Source: Hydrotalea sp.
GTDB taxonomy: Bacteria; Pseudomonadota; Alphaproteobacteria; JASGCL01
Assembly (NCBI GenBank): GCA_030054115.1
Contig: JASGCL010000001.1
Location: forward strand, 48,788 to 112,787
DNA length: 64,000 bases
Direction of reading: 5' to 3'
In this document: piece after piece, positions 1-10,147 of the stretch
Layout of the letters: every line of letters starts with the position of its first letter
Numbering within the stretch: position 1 is the stretch's first letter
Notes under the pieces: model-generated
Database searches by the model: none
Told to the model about the DNA's origin: nothing
The model's input: the letters and a program-made list of their open reading frames with translations, nothing else
Translations under genes and position numbers: made by a program

Positions 1-7
1 AATGCTA

Positions 8-1258
8 TTAAAAATAACGCAATCGGAGCTTGTAATGCTCAATCACCGACACGGCGGCAACCCCCGCCCAGGCCAACACCATGGCGCGTATCATGGCAAG
101 GCTCAAGGCCATCACGACGTCACCGCCATCGCCGGTTAAAAAATGCCCCATGCCATTCACCGCCACTGCCATGGTGCCATATTGGGCGAAGCCCTGCATC
201 GCCGTGGCGGTGCCCGCCCTTACGCGAAAATATTTTGTCGAACCGGCGAAGGCATTGCCAATGCCCATGCCATTGCCAAGCGTCGCCACCATCATCGGCA
301 CGGCCACCGCCCACACCTGGTGAATTTGCAATGTCGCCAACGCCCAGAGAATAAAAACCCCCAAGGTCGTAAGCGATACCCCAACCAACATCAGCAGATA
401 CCCCCCGACCCTGTCCTGTATAAGGTTATTGATGGTCGAGCCAACCAAAAACATCACCGCGGTCATGGTGAATATCAATCCAAATTGGTCGGGTTGCAAC
501 CCCAATTGCGTGTAGATAAAAGACGACGCACCGATGTAGGAACCAAAAAAAGCGAAGAAGCCAAACAACACCGCGCCATAGGCCAAAAAACCAAAATGCG
601 ATAAAATCAGCCAATAGGCTTTAAATTCGCCCAGCAGGCTTTTTTCCAATTGCTGTTCAGCGCGGTTTTTTTTCGGCGCGGTTTCGGGCAGGCGAAAGGC
701 AACATACAGCAATATCAAGCCGGCAAAAACGCTCAAGAAATAAAAACTAACCTGCCACACCAGGTATTTTTCAATGAAGCCACCAATCAAGGGCGCGACC
801 ATCGGCGATATCGAAACCACCATGCCGACGAATGAAAAAACCTTGCCCATTTGACTGCGTTCGGTGGTGTCGCGCGCGATGGTGCGGGCGGTGGTGTTGA
901 TAATGGCGGAGGCCACCCCCTGGGCCGCGCGGCCGATAACAAAAACCTCCACCGACCAGCTAAAACCAATCAGCAATGACACGGCAATATACATAACCAG
1001 GCCAATCAACAGCATGATGCGCCGACCGAACCGGTCGACCAAATTGCCGACAAACAAAAACGACCCGGCCAGGGCGATAAAATAATAACTCAACCCCTTA
1101 ACGGTTTGGGTTTTGTCGGTGTGAAAATATTCGGTAATTTTCGGCAGGCTGGGTAAAAAAATGTCGGTGCTGAGAAGCCCCATCATAATCAATAATGCTA
1201 TCAACCCAATATATTTATTGCCACCAGTAATTTTGCTAAGCAGAGACATCTCACCCAC
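8..1258 (-). CDS. MFS transporter (DHA1 / Bcr-CflA-like drug efflux family)
   Basis: 416-aa ORF with about 12 hydrophobic segments and the MFS motif-A-like loop GNLVDRFGRR between TM2 and TM3. The 3' end is near the window edge. Confidence 0.75.
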   Translation of the reverse strand: MGEMSLLSKITGGNKYIGLIALLIMMGLLSTDIFLPSLPKITEYFHTDKTQTVKGLSYYFIALAGSFLFVGNLVDRFGRRIMLLIGLVMYIAVSLLIGFSWSVEVFVIGRAAQGVASAIINTTARTIARDTTERSQMGKVFSFVGMVVSISPMVAPLIGGFIEKYLVWQVSFYFLSVFAGLILLYVAFRLPETAPKKNRAEQQLEKSLLGEFKAYWLILSHFGFLAYGAVLFGFFAFFGSYIGASSFIYTQLGLQPDQFGLIFTMTAVMFLVGSTINNLIQDRVGGYLLMLVGVSLTTLGVFILWALATLQIHQVWAVAVPMMVATLGNGMGIGNAFAGSTKYFRVRAGTATAMQGFAQYGTMAVAVNGMGHFLTGDGGDVVMALSLAMIRAMVLAWAGVAAVSVIEHYKLRLRYF

Positions 1259-1409
1259 CTCTAGATGATTGCCATTGACAAATCAAGTTGCCACGCCCGC
1301 GCCCGCAAAAAAAGTAGCAAAACCAACCGGCTTCGATTATAATTGCGCCATGAATTTATGAGAAAGTTATAAGGCAAAAACGAAGGTATTAAAAATAAAA
1401 CCCATCGCT

Positions 1410-1892
1410 TTGCCGAATCCGCCGCTGAAAAAAAACAACGCGCGTAACTCGATTTCGCCCGCGCCGCTTGCCGCGCGGCCACCCGCCCTTACAAAAAAAA
1501 CATTGCCACCTGCGCCACGGCGGCTAACAACCAATTACGCGCCGGTAACCATCGCGCCGCCGCCCGCCGTGCCCAACACCGTGCCAAATGGCACGATAAA
1601 AAAATCGCAAAAAAACCTGCCCATCGATGGTCGGCTTGACCTGCATGGCATGACGGCGGCCCAGGGCTTCACCGCGCTGGATAATTTTTTTTATAACATG
1701 CGGGCGGGCGGGCGGCGGCATTTGCTTATCATCACGGGCAAGGGCACCGGCGTCATGAAACACACCCTGCAACAATTTTTGGAACGGCACCACGGCATCA
1801 TCGCCAGCCACCAATTGGCCGACCCACGGCGCGGCGGCGACGGCGCGCACTACATCGTCCTAAAAAAATCGGCGATAAGTAAGCAAGTTTAA
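1410..1892 (+). CDS. Smr domain-containing protein
   Basis: C-terminal half carries an Smr-like motif (LDLHGMTAAQ ... LLIITGKGTGV). The N-terminus is Pro-rich and low complexity, so the true start may be internal. Confidence 0.55.
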   Translation: MPNPPLKKNNARNSISPAPLAARPPALTKKTLPPAPRRLTTNYAPVTIAPPPAVPNTVPNGTIKKSQKNLPIDGRLDLHGMTAAQGFTALDNFFYNMRAGGRRHLLIITGKGTGVMKHTLQQFLERHHGIIASHQLADPRRGGDGAHYIVLKKSAISKQV

Positions 1893-2237
1893 TTATCAAG
1901 GAATTGTCAGGGAATGACGGGAGAGGGGCTTTGGAGCAATTTTTTTACGCTACTACTTCAATTCGAAAAATGCCACATTGCCTGTCGGCGTGCTTCAGCC
2001 GCCGACGAGGGATAAAAATACGAACACCGCGACAGCGGTGGAGATATTTTTTGGGTGGGTTCGCCAACTCATCTTTTTATCCTCATATATTTTTTAATAT
2101 AAAAAACGTTACACGACCCCCCCCCTGGCTAAAGCACGCCGACGGGCAATGCGGCATCGCTATCTTCCATGCATTTTTTTTATCATTTGCCTTTTACCAT
2201 TGACAAGGTGCAAAAAATACCCTAAGCAAAAATCATC

Positions 2238-2375
2238 ATGGTTAAAAGAACATATCAACCAAGCAAATTGGTGCGCAAACGCCGCCACGGGTTCAGAACC
2301 CGCATGGCAACCCGCGACGGGCAAAAAATCCTGGCGCGCCGCCGCCGCCAGGGTCGCAAAAAATTATCGGCCTAA
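2238..2375 (+). CDS. rpmH: 50S ribosomal protein L34
   Basis: My own translation gives [45 protein letters not shown], the canonical L34 sequence. The 45-aa ORF is below the 60-aa cutoff of the ORF track. Confidence 0.9.
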   Translation: MVKRTYQPSKLVRKRRHGFRTRMATRDGQKILARRRRQGRKKLSA

Positions 2376-2522
2376 ACGCCGTCATCAATTTGATGGGCTT
2401 GCCATAAGCTAAGCCATCGTTTGCATCGTCGCCAATGGTGCATGAAACCAGACCAAAACCTAGACCAACCCTAGACAAGGGCTTTTACCCCCCGCTAACA
2501 TTCATCAAAATTCTAAACTTCA

Positions 2523-2894
2523 TTGAAGCTAACCACTATCAAAAAACGAAGCGCGTTTTTGCACACGCAAAAACATGGCCTGGTTGTTAAAAAACCGCTC
2601 ATCTTGGTGGCGGCAACCGCCAATCGCAACAACGCGCCCACTATTGGCCCGCGGGTCGGCTTCACGGTTAGCAAAAAAATTGGCAAGGCCGTCACCCGCA
2701 ACAAAATTAGACGCCGGTTAAAAGTCATCAGCCGCGCTTACCTCGACCAATCGCCGGCCGAAACTTTACCTTTCGATTTTGTTTTCATCGCCACGCCAAA
2801 AACGGCGCGGGCGGGCTTCTTGCCCTTGCAGAATCAAGTGAAAGAAGCTATAGATGCCGTCATCAATCAATATCGGGACAATAAAATTTCTTAA
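2523..2894 (+). CDS. rnpA: Ribonuclease P protein component
   Basis: 123 aa, basic, with KKRSAFLHTQKHG near the N-terminus. Conserved rpmH-rnpA-yidC order. TTG start at 2523. Confidence 0.85.
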   Translation: MKLTTIKKRSAFLHTQKHGLVVKKPLILVAATANRNNAPTIGPRVGFTVSKKIGKAVTRNKIRRRLKVISRAYLDQSPAETLPFDFVFIATPKTARAGFLPLQNQVKEAIDAVINQYRDNKIS

Positions 2895-2924
2895 ATAACT
2901 TTCTAACATTTTGGGGAAAGAGCT

Positions 2925-4730
2925 ATGAATAACAAAAGCAACCTGCTGTTGGCCATTATCCTTTCCACCGTTATTATCGGTGCCTGGAGTTATTTTTTCC
3001 CCGCACCGAAACCACCCGCCACCCCGGCCGCAACGCCGGTCACCACCACAACCGCCGATACCACGGCCGGTAAAAAAACCGCCGCGCAAAAGGATGCGGT
3101 TATTAAACCCCGCGACCAGGCCCTGGCCGATAACCCGCGGGTGCTTATCGACAGCCCAACGATAAAGGGCAGTATCAACCTGCGCGGTTTGCGCTTTGAC
3201 GATATTGTTCTGAAACAATACACCAACGCGGTTGACGACCAATCGCCGGTGACCTTGCTGTCACCCAGCAACAGCGCTAATGGTTACGTCGTTGATTTGG
3301 GTTGGTTGAGCCGCAACGACCGCATCACCCTGCCGAATAGTGATAGTTTATGGACGGCGAATAAAAAAGTTTTAAAAAATGGCGACAATGTCACCCTGAC
3401 CTATAGTTCGGACGGCTTGATTTATAAACTGCTGGTCAGCCTCGACGACAATTACCTTTTCACCATCAAACAATCGGTGCAAAACATCGGCGTCACCAAC
3501 CAAGATATTGCATTTTATGGTTTGACAGCGCGATTTGGCGCGCCGCCGGTTACGGTCGGTAATGTGCGGGAGGGGCCGATGGTCATGCTGGATAAGAAAC
3601 TTACCCAAGAAACCTATGCCAAGATGATAAAAACCCCATTCCAGGGCTCGGGCAAAACCGGCTGGTTTGCCTTTTCTGATAAATATTGGCTGACCGCCCT
3701 GGTCCCCGATATCAGTGGCACGGCGCAGAACAGCAATAAACCAGCAACCACCGCCGACGACGCCACCGCGATACCCGCCAACCCCGACAGCAAACTCGCC
3801 AGCCGCATTACCTATGACAAGGGGGCGTCGCTGGGCCGTGGCCGTTACCAAGTTGATTACACCATGGATTACGATATTTTGCCGCGCCGCCATACGATTG
3901 AAAAAACACTTTATCTTTTTGTCGGGCCGAAAGACACCGGCATTATTAACGATTATGCGACCAGCAAAAATATCGACAAATTTAACCTGACTATCGATTA
4001 TGGTTGGCTTTACATACTGACCAAACCGATGGCCTGGTTGCTTCATTTCCTAAGCGATCAATTGCATTCGGTTGGGTTGGCGATTCTTGCCCTGACGGTG
4101 GTGGTGCGGTTGTTGCTGTTCCCCTTTGCCCAGCATTCATTTAAATCGATGGCGATGATGCGGAAACTCGCGCCAAAGGTCGAGGAATTAAAAAAACGCC
4201 ACAAAACATCGGCCGAGCAGTCGCAGGCGATGATGGCGTTGTATAAAAAAGAAGGCGTCAACCCGCTGGCCGGTTGCTTGCCGATGTTGATTCAAATTCC
4301 AGTATTTTTTGCCCTCTATCACGTCTTCAACATCTCTATCGAATTTCGCCACGCGCCATTTTTTGGCTGGATAAGCGACCTGTCGGTGCCGGATCCCTAT
4401 GGTTTATTGACCGGTTTTGGTTTGTTTCCATGGCAAGTGCCGGCAGTGTTGCATATTGTGAATATCGGCATCTGGCCCATCATCATGGGCTTTACCCTGT
4501 GGTTGCAACAAAAATTTAACCCACCCGCTTCCGACCCATTGCAACAAAAAATCTTCAGCTATTTCCCCTACATCTTTACCTTCATGCTGGGTTCGTCGCC
4601 GGCTGGCCTGGTTATTTATTGGGCGTGGAACAACGCCCTGTCGATATTGCAACAATATGTTATCAACCGCCGTTTGGGCATCCCAACCTACACGCCGTTT
4701 CGCACCGTGAAAAAAACGAGCAAATCGTAA
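2925..4730 (+). CDS. yidC: Membrane protein insertase YidC
   Basis: 601 aa with an N-terminal TM, a large periplasmic domain, and the C-terminal conserved 60-kDa inner-membrane-protein region (LLLFPF..., PLAGCLPMLIQIPVFFALY). GGGGAAAG ribosome-binding site 6 nt upstream. Confidence 0.95.
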   Translation: MNNKSNLLLAIILSTVIIGAWSYFFPAPKPPATPAATPVTTTTADTTAGKKTAAQKDAVIKPRDQALADNPRVLIDSPTIKGSINLRGLRFDDIVLKQYTNAVDDQSPVTLLSPSNSANGYVVDLGWLSRNDRITLPNSDSLWTANKKVLKNGDNVTLTYSSDGLIYKLLVSLDDNYLFTIKQSVQNIGVTNQDIAFYGLTARFGAPPVTVGNVREGPMVMLDKKLTQETYAKMIKTPFQGSGKTGWFAFSDKYWLTALVPDISGTAQNSNKPATTADDATAIPANPDSKLASRITYDKGASLGRGRYQVDYTMDYDILPRRHTIEKTLYLFVGPKDTGIINDYATSKNIDKFNLTIDYGWLYILTKPMAWLLHFLSDQLHSVGLAILALTVVVRLLLFPFAQHSFKSMAMMRKLAPKVEELKKRHKTSAEQSQAMMALYKKEGVNPLAGCLPMLIQIPVFFALYHVFNISIEFRHAPFFGWISDLSVPDPYGLLTGFGLFPWQVPAVLHIVNIGIWPIIMGFTLWLQQKFNPPASDPLQQKIFSYFPYIFTFMLGSSPAGLVIYWAWNNALSILQQYVINRRLGIPTYTPFRTVKKTSKS

Positions 4731-4768
4731 AATTTACAGCGCATCATTCATTGCCCCATTATTGAAGC

Positions 4769-5404
4769 ATGACAAAAAAATGGGAAAGTTATTGGCACGG
4801 CGGCTGGCAATTATTGGCGGTGGCGGCCGCACCCGAACAATTGCCGATGGGGCATTTGGCGGAGGTTGCCTTTTGGGGGCGGTCGAATGTTGGCAAATCA
4901 TCGTTGATTAACAACCTGGTGATGCAAAAAAATTTGGCACGGCAATCGAAAAGCCCGGGCCGAACCCAGGAATTATTTTTCTTTGAAAAAATATTTGGCA
5001 GTGGCGAGCGCGACCGGATGCCGTTTTTATTGGTCGATTTGCCGGGTTATGGTTTTGCCCGCGCCGCCCGCAGTAAAACCGAAATGTGGCAAGACACCAT
5101 CTTGGCTTACCTATCGACCCGCCCCAACCTGCGGCTGATGTGTTTGCTAATCGACGCGCGGCATGGGTTGAAAACCATCGATCTGGCGGCGATACAATTG
5201 TTGTTCGATTGCGGGGTGACGACCCAATTGATTTTTACAAAATGTGATAAGGTGCCAGAAAAATTATTAACCGCCGAAATAAAAAAAACCGAAAATGCGA
5301 TAAAAAAATTTGCCCATTGCTTGCCCAGCATCATCACCACCAGCGCGCACAGCAACCTGGGCAAGGGCGCGCTACAAAACACCATCGCCACCTTGTTGGG
5401 GTAA
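4769..5404 (+). CDS. engB: Ribosome biogenesis GTP-binding protein YihA/EngB
   Basis: 211 aa with G1 motif GRSNVGKSS, DLPGYG and TKCDK motifs. Conserved position downstream of yidC. Confidence 0.9.
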   Translation: MTKKWESYWHGGWQLLAVAAAPEQLPMGHLAEVAFWGRSNVGKSSLINNLVMQKNLARQSKSPGRTQELFFFEKIFGSGERDRMPFLLVDLPGYGFARAARSKTEMWQDTILAYLSTRPNLRLMCLLIDARHGLKTIDLAAIQLLFDCGVTTQLIFTKCDKVPEKLLTAEIKKTENAIKKFAHCLPSIITTSAHSNLGKGALQNTIATLLG

Positions 5405-5437
5405 TCGCCAACGATTGGTTTTTTGCTTGGCGTAAAA

Positions 5438-8209
5438 TTATGCCAGCACCAATTTTTTAATCGCCGCCATTGTATCATCGGCCACCGTGATGTTGCTTCC
5501 GCCCGCCATCTCTGTGGCTGGCAGGCTTCCGCCTGCCCTCTCTGTGGATGGCAGGCTTCCGCCCGCCATGGCAAAATCGGGGCGACCGCCGCCACTGCCG
5601 CCCAGCATTTTGCCGGCCATGGTGGCAATGTCGCCGGCCGAGATAGCTTGCCGCGCCGTGCCATTGACCGCAATGGCGACCGCGACCTTGCCATCGTCAA
5701 CCGCCAACAGGGCAATCACGCTGTTGGCAAGGTCAGGATTTTTTTTGATATTATCGATGATGGGTTTCAGGTCGCGGCCGGTAACGCCATCGATTTTTTT
5801 ACCCACATAGATAAAATCATGACTCGGGTGTTTTTCACCATCAGCCAGCGATAGATTTGATGCCGCCGCAATTTTTTTATCGGCTAACTCCTTGGCCAGT
5901 TTTTTGTTATTCGCCATCACCGCGTCATATTGCTGTTGCAGGGTTTTTATCATAGCTTGCTTTTCGATAATCTCAGTCGGCACCGGTGGAAATACACTCG
6001 CCTTATTTGCCGCTTTTATTTTTGCCTGCCACGCGTTTATTTCTATCTCCAATTTTTTATGCACCATCGCCTTGCCGGTTATGGCCGTAACGCGCCGCAC
6101 GCCCGACGCCACCGATTCTTCGCGCTCTATCATCAGATGTTCAATCTCGGCGACATCGGCCACGTGGGTGCCGCCGCATAATTCTATCGAATAAAAATGT
6201 TGCCGTTCGTTGTTCGCCGATTTATCGGTCGCCGCCCCCATGAAAACCACCCGCACCGCGTCGCCATATTTTTCACCGAACAGGGCAATCGCCCCCAACT
6301 GTTCTGCCGTCGGTTTGTCCATGGTTTTTGTTATCACCCGCCCGCCCCTAGCCACGCGGTCATTCACCGCCGATTCAATCTGGGCCAGGCGCGCCGCGTC
6401 AATCGCCTCGTGATGCGAAAAATCAAAACGCAAATGGTCGTTGGCGACCAACGAACCCTTTTGCGCAACATGCGAGCCCAGTTCCTGGCGCAATGCCTCG
6501 TGCAACAGATGGGTTGCCGAATGGTTGGCGCGCACGCCGTTGCGCCAGGCTTCATCGACTCGCGCTGAAACCTTATCGCCAATTTTTACCGCGCCGCGAT
6601 TTTCGGTTGCGGTAATATGGTGGACGATAATGCCCTGGTATTTTTTTGTGTCCTTCACCTGATATTGCACGCCGTTAATATCGAGCGTGCCGCGGTCGCC
6701 CTTTTGCCCGCCGGCCTCGCCATAAAACGGCGTTTGGTCAAGCACTAGCCAACAATCATCACCCGCCGGCAACTGCGCCATCGATTGCAATTCGTTATCA
6801 AGCAGGGCAATCACCGCGCCGTCGCCCGATAATCCGTCATAGCCCAAAAATTTTGTCTCGCCATGTTTTTCCTTCAACGCAAACCAAATTGGTGCTTGCT
6901 TGTTATCGCCCGACCCGGCCCAGGATTCTTTGCCGCGTTTTTTTTGTTCGGCCATCGCCTTATCAAAACCCGCGACCTCGACCCCGCGCCCATCGCCACG
7001 CATGATGTCGATGGTTAAATCGAGCGGGAAACCAAAGGTGTCATAAAGTTGAAAGGCCACCGCCCCAGGCAAATCCTTTCCCGCCGGAATTTTTTCAATT
7101 TCCTTATTCAACAACCCCATGCCACGCGCCAACAATTCTTCGAACTGTTCTTCCTCGCGCAAAAAAACTTGGTTGATATTTTTTTGCTCCTTGCTCAATT
7201 CGTTGTAATGCCCACCCATCACATCGATTAAGCTCGGCAACAGCCGCCCAAACAATGGCCGGTCGTTGCCCAACATGTGGGCGTGGCGCATGGCGCGGCG
7301 CATGATGCGGCGCAGGACGTAACCCCGTCCCTCGTTCGATGGCGCAACCCCGTCGGCAACCAAAAACGCCATGGCGCGCAAATGGTCGGCGATAACGCGG
7401 AACGAGGCGATGGTTTTCTCGGTTGGTTTTTGGCGAAGCGCGGCCTCAACCGCGGCAATCAACGGCGTAAACAAACTGGTGTCGTAATTGTTCGCAACGC
7501 CCTCCAGCACGGCGGTGATACGCTCCAGCCCCATGCCGGTATCGATAGACGGGCGGGGTAAATCTATCCGCTTGCCGGCGGCCTGCATTTCATATTGCAT
7601 GAAAACCAAATTCCAAATTTCGACAAAGCGGTCGCCGTCTTGGTCTTTGCTCCCCGGTGGGCCGCCAAAAATTTTATCGCCATGGTCATAAAAAATTTCG
7701 GAGCATGGCCCGCAGGGTCCGGTGTCGCCCATTTGCCAAAAATTGTCGTTGGTGGCGATGCGGATAATTTTATCATCGGGGAGGCCGGCAATTTTTTTCC
7801 ACAGGTTATAGGCAGACTCGTCATCGTGATAGACCGTGACGCAAAGTTTATCGCGCGGCAATTTCAGCTCTTGGCTGACAACTTGCCACGCATGGTGAAT
7901 CGCCTGTTCTTTAAAATAATCGCCGAACGAAAAATTGCCGAGCATTTCAAAAAAACTATGGTGGCGCGCGGTGTAGCCAACATTGTCCAAATCGTTATGC
8001 TTGCCGCCGGCACGCACGCATTTTTGCGCGGTGGTGGCGGTTTGATAATCACGTTTTTCCAAACCCAAAAATATATTTTTAAATTGCACCATGCCCGAAT
8101 TGACGAACATCAATGTCGGGTCGTCGTGCGGCACCAACGACGACGACGGCACCACACGGTGGCCGGTGTTTTTAAAATAATCAAGAAATATTTTGCGAAT
8201 ATCGGTCAT
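5438..8209 (-). CDS. alaS: Alanine--tRNA ligase
   Basis: 923 aa with class II aaRS catalytic core, editing domain (HSATHLLHEAL) and C-terminal DHHA1-like region. The C-terminus contains an extra repeat-encoded insertion (see repeat feature). Confidence 0.95.
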   Translation of the reverse strand: MTDIRKIFLDYFKNTGHRVVPSSSLVPHDDPTLMFVNSGMVQFKNIFLGLEKRDYQTATTAQKCVRAGGKHNDLDNVGYTARHHSFFEMLGNFSFGDYFKEQAIHHAWQVVSQELKLPRDKLCVTVYHDDESAYNLWKKIAGLPDDKIIRIATNDNFWQMGDTGPCGPCSEIFYDHGDKIFGGPPGSKDQDGDRFVEIWNLVFMQYEMQAAGKRIDLPRPSIDTGMGLERITAVLEGVANNYDTSLFTPLIAAVEAALRQKPTEKTIASFRVIADHLRAMAFLVADGVAPSNEGRGYVLRRIMRRAMRHAHMLGNDRPLFGRLLPSLIDVMGGHYNELSKEQKNINQVFLREEEQFEELLARGMGLLNKEIEKIPAGKDLPGAVAFQLYDTFGFPLDLTIDIMRGDGRGVEVAGFDKAMAEQKKRGKESWAGSGDNKQAPIWFALKEKHGETKFLGYDGLSGDGAVIALLDNELQSMAQLPAGDDCWLVLDQTPFYGEAGGQKGDRGTLDINGVQYQVKDTKKYQGIIVHHITATENRGAVKIGDKVSARVDEAWRNGVRANHSATHLLHEALRQELGSHVAQKGSLVANDHLRFDFSHHEAIDAARLAQIESAVNDRVARGGRVITKTMDKPTAEQLGAIALFGEKYGDAVRVVFMGAATDKSANNERQHFYSIELCGGTHVADVAEIEHLMIEREESVASGVRRVTAITGKAMVHKKLEIEINAWQAKIKAANKASVFPPVPTEIIEKQAMIKTLQQQYDAVMANNKKLAKELADKKIAAASNLSLADGEKHPSHDFIYVGKKIDGVTGRDLKPIIDNIKKNPDLANSVIALLAVDDGKVAVAIAVNGTARQAISAGDIATMAGKMLGGSGGGRPDFAMAGGSLPSTERAGGSLPATEMAGGSNITVADDTMAAIKKLVLA
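5487..5570. repeat. 30-bp tandem repeat (about 2.5 copies) in-frame inside the alaS 3' region
   Basis: Unit gcttccgcc[c/t]gcc[a/c]tctctgtgg[c/a]tggcag occurs twice in full plus a partial third copy. On the coding strand it encodes the duplicated peptide AGGSLP(S/A)TE(R/M). Confidence 0.8.
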
Positions 8210-8271
8210 GTTTTAGCTATAAAACCTGGCCGCAAAAAAAGCCATCAGATTTTTAAAAACCAGCGAAGACA

Positions 8272-9666
8272 TTAGGCGCGTTTAAAATTCGTTTTCTGCC
8301 AAAACCGCACTGCCAAAATCATGCCGACCAAAAACACACCAACAATAAAGCCCGCAATAATACCCATCGGGTGATGAAAAATATGAAAGCCAAAGATATA
8401 GGCCAGCGGCAGGCTAACCAACATATAACCAATGATGCTAACGATGCTTGAAAAGTTAAAATCACCAAGCCCGCGCAACGCCCCCAGCATGGTCGATTGC
8501 AACCCGTCAACCATCTGGCTGACCGCGCCAATCACCAAAAATCCGGCCGCCAGCGGAATGATAACATCTGCCAACGGCAAGCCCGCGCCAAAAAACGTGG
8601 CCACGCTGTTACCAACCAACAACAAAAACACCACCGACAACAGGGTTAAACAACTGACTATCATCAAGCTCGCCCCACCCGCGATGCGCAACCTTGAGAA
8701 TTGTTTTTTGCCAACAATGTCGGCTATCACAATGGTGGTGGCGTAGGTCATGCTGAGTGGTATCATGTAAAGCATTTCCAAAAAGCCATTGCTGATTTGT
8801 CTTGCCGCCAAGGCCTGAACCCCAAACCACCCAACCATAACGCCGAGCATGGCGTAGCTAACGACTTCAAAAAAACTTTCTATCGCAACGGGGATAGAAT
8901 TTTTTATAAAGTTCTTAATAATTTTTTTATCAAGCGGCGTTCGCAAAAACCATTTCGCCCCACCACCATTTTTTGTGCCATGATATTTTTTCATGCTGGG
9001 GTTTAAGAAGAAATACAAAAAAAATAATGCGTTAGATATCATGTCAGCCATCAACCACGCTATCCCCGCGCCAGCCAACCCAAGGGCGGGCAACCAATCC
9101 GCCACCCCAAAAATAAACCCATAGGCTAAGGGCAAGTTGACAACTATCATCGAAGAGTAAATCAACGTTGCCGTCCATGGTTTTTGCAACGCATCCAACG
9201 TTTGCTTTATCACGTAACCAGTCGCCCAAAAACCAATAGACAGCGACACCGTAATCCAATAACCAAAAACACCCGCCACAACCTCAATCGGTTGACCAAA
9301 TAACCGCAACAAAAAATAACAAGCAAACATCAACAGCCCAAACAATGACCCGGCGGTTATGGCCATGAAACAGCCGACGCGAACCACCTCCCCCACTTTT
9401 TTATATTGTTTACTGCCCGCCGCCTGGGCCACCATAATAACCAGGGGATTTAAAAAACCATAAACCGTGGCATAAAAAACCACCAAGAAAGTTGCTGTCA
9501 AGCCATAACCGGCCAATGGCACCGGCGAATCTAGTCGTGATAAAAAATAACTATCGGTTATGGCCAGTGCCGCCGTGGTCACCGATGATAAAATAATCGG
9601 TATGGCCAAGGCCGTAAGTTTTTTGCTATCCTTCAGCGTCTCGCGCCAAAAACTCTCTATTGTCAT
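8272..9666 (-). CDS. MATE family multidrug efflux transporter
   Basis: 464 aa with 12 predicted TM segments. N-terminal region typical of NorM/MATE (LALPIILSSVT...). Confidence 0.8.
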   Translation of the reverse strand: MTIESFWRETLKDSKKLTALAIPIILSSVTTAALAITDSYFLSRLDSPVPLAGYGLTATFLVVFYATVYGFLNPLVIMVAQAAGSKQYKKVGEVVRVGCFMAITAGSLFGLLMFACYFLLRLFGQPIEVVAGVFGYWITVSLSIGFWATGYVIKQTLDALQKPWTATLIYSSMIVVNLPLAYGFIFGVADWLPALGLAGAGIAWLMADMISNALFFLYFFLNPSMKKYHGTKNGGGAKWFLRTPLDKKIIKNFIKNSIPVAIESFFEVVSYAMLGVMVGWFGVQALAARQISNGFLEMLYMIPLSMTYATTIVIADIVGKKQFSRLRIAGGASLMIVSCLTLLSVVFLLLVGNSVATFFGAGLPLADVIIPLAAGFLVIGAVSQMVDGLQSTMLGALRGLGDFNFSSIVSIIGYMLVSLPLAYIFGFHIFHHPMGIIAGFIVGVFLVGMILAVRFWQKTNFKRA

Positions 9667-9700
9667 ATTTTTTTGCAGACTTTATGCTATAAAAAACACC

Positions 9701-10081
9701 ATGTCAATCTTTCGTGGAATCCTCAGCAACCCACTTGCCACCAGCCAGGGCATCATCCGCCGCGCCATGAAAAAAAATTTCAAATGGCCGAACGAAGCGG
9801 CGGTGTTGGAAAAATTGCAGGAGGAAATAAAGGAATTGCAGGCCGCGCTCAAAAATGGCGATAAAAAAAACCAACAGGAAGAGCTGGGCGATATTATCTT
9901 CACCGTGGTTTGCTTGAGCGAACAGATGAACCTGTCGGCGGAAAAAATCCTGGCACAGGCCAATCAAAAATTTAACCGCCGCTTTGCAAAAATGACGCGG
10001 CTTATCGCCCGCGATAAAAAATCGATGACCGCAATGTCGCCACAGCAATTGGAAGAATATTGGCAAAAAATCAAACATTAA
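9701..10081 (+). CDS. MazG-like nucleotide pyrophosphohydrolase (small all-alpha NTP-PPase)
   Basis: 126-aa product when started at the internal ATG at 9701. The ORF-track start at 9560 would overlap the divergent MATE gene. Contains the EExxE-type motif QEELGDIIFTVVCL characteristic of the MazG/NTP-PPase fold. Confidence 0.7.
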   Translation: MSIFRGILSNPLATSQGIIRRAMKKNFKWPNEAAVLEKLQEEIKELQAALKNGDKKNQQEELGDIIFTVVCLSEQMNLSAEKILAQANQKFNRRFAKMTRLIARDKKSMTAMSPQQLEEYWQKIKH

Positions 10082-10147
10082 GTTTGCTTTGCTAAACCAT
10101 AATTTTGTGGTAAAATAAGACATAAGGGGATTAGCAAATACAGCACC

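Noticed and set aside
2200-2228. TTGACA hexamer upstream of rpmH, considered as a promoter
   Set aside because: At 17-nt spacing the downstream hexamer is TAAGCA, a poor -10, and the ATG follows only 9 nt later with no ribosome-binding site. Too weak to call.
5487-5810. 107-aa plus-strand ORF, and several others at 5107-5715, 5423-5854, 7595-8275 and 6197-6568, overlapping alaS
   Set aside because: They lie antisense or out of frame to a very well-supported alaS reading frame in GC-rich DNA. These are typical shadow ORFs with low-complexity A/P/R-rich translations.
9560-9700. N-terminal 47-codon extension of the MazG-like ORF as given in the ORF track
   Set aside because: It would overlap the divergently transcribed MATE transporter coding region. 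The internal ATG at 9701 gives a MazG-sized protein.
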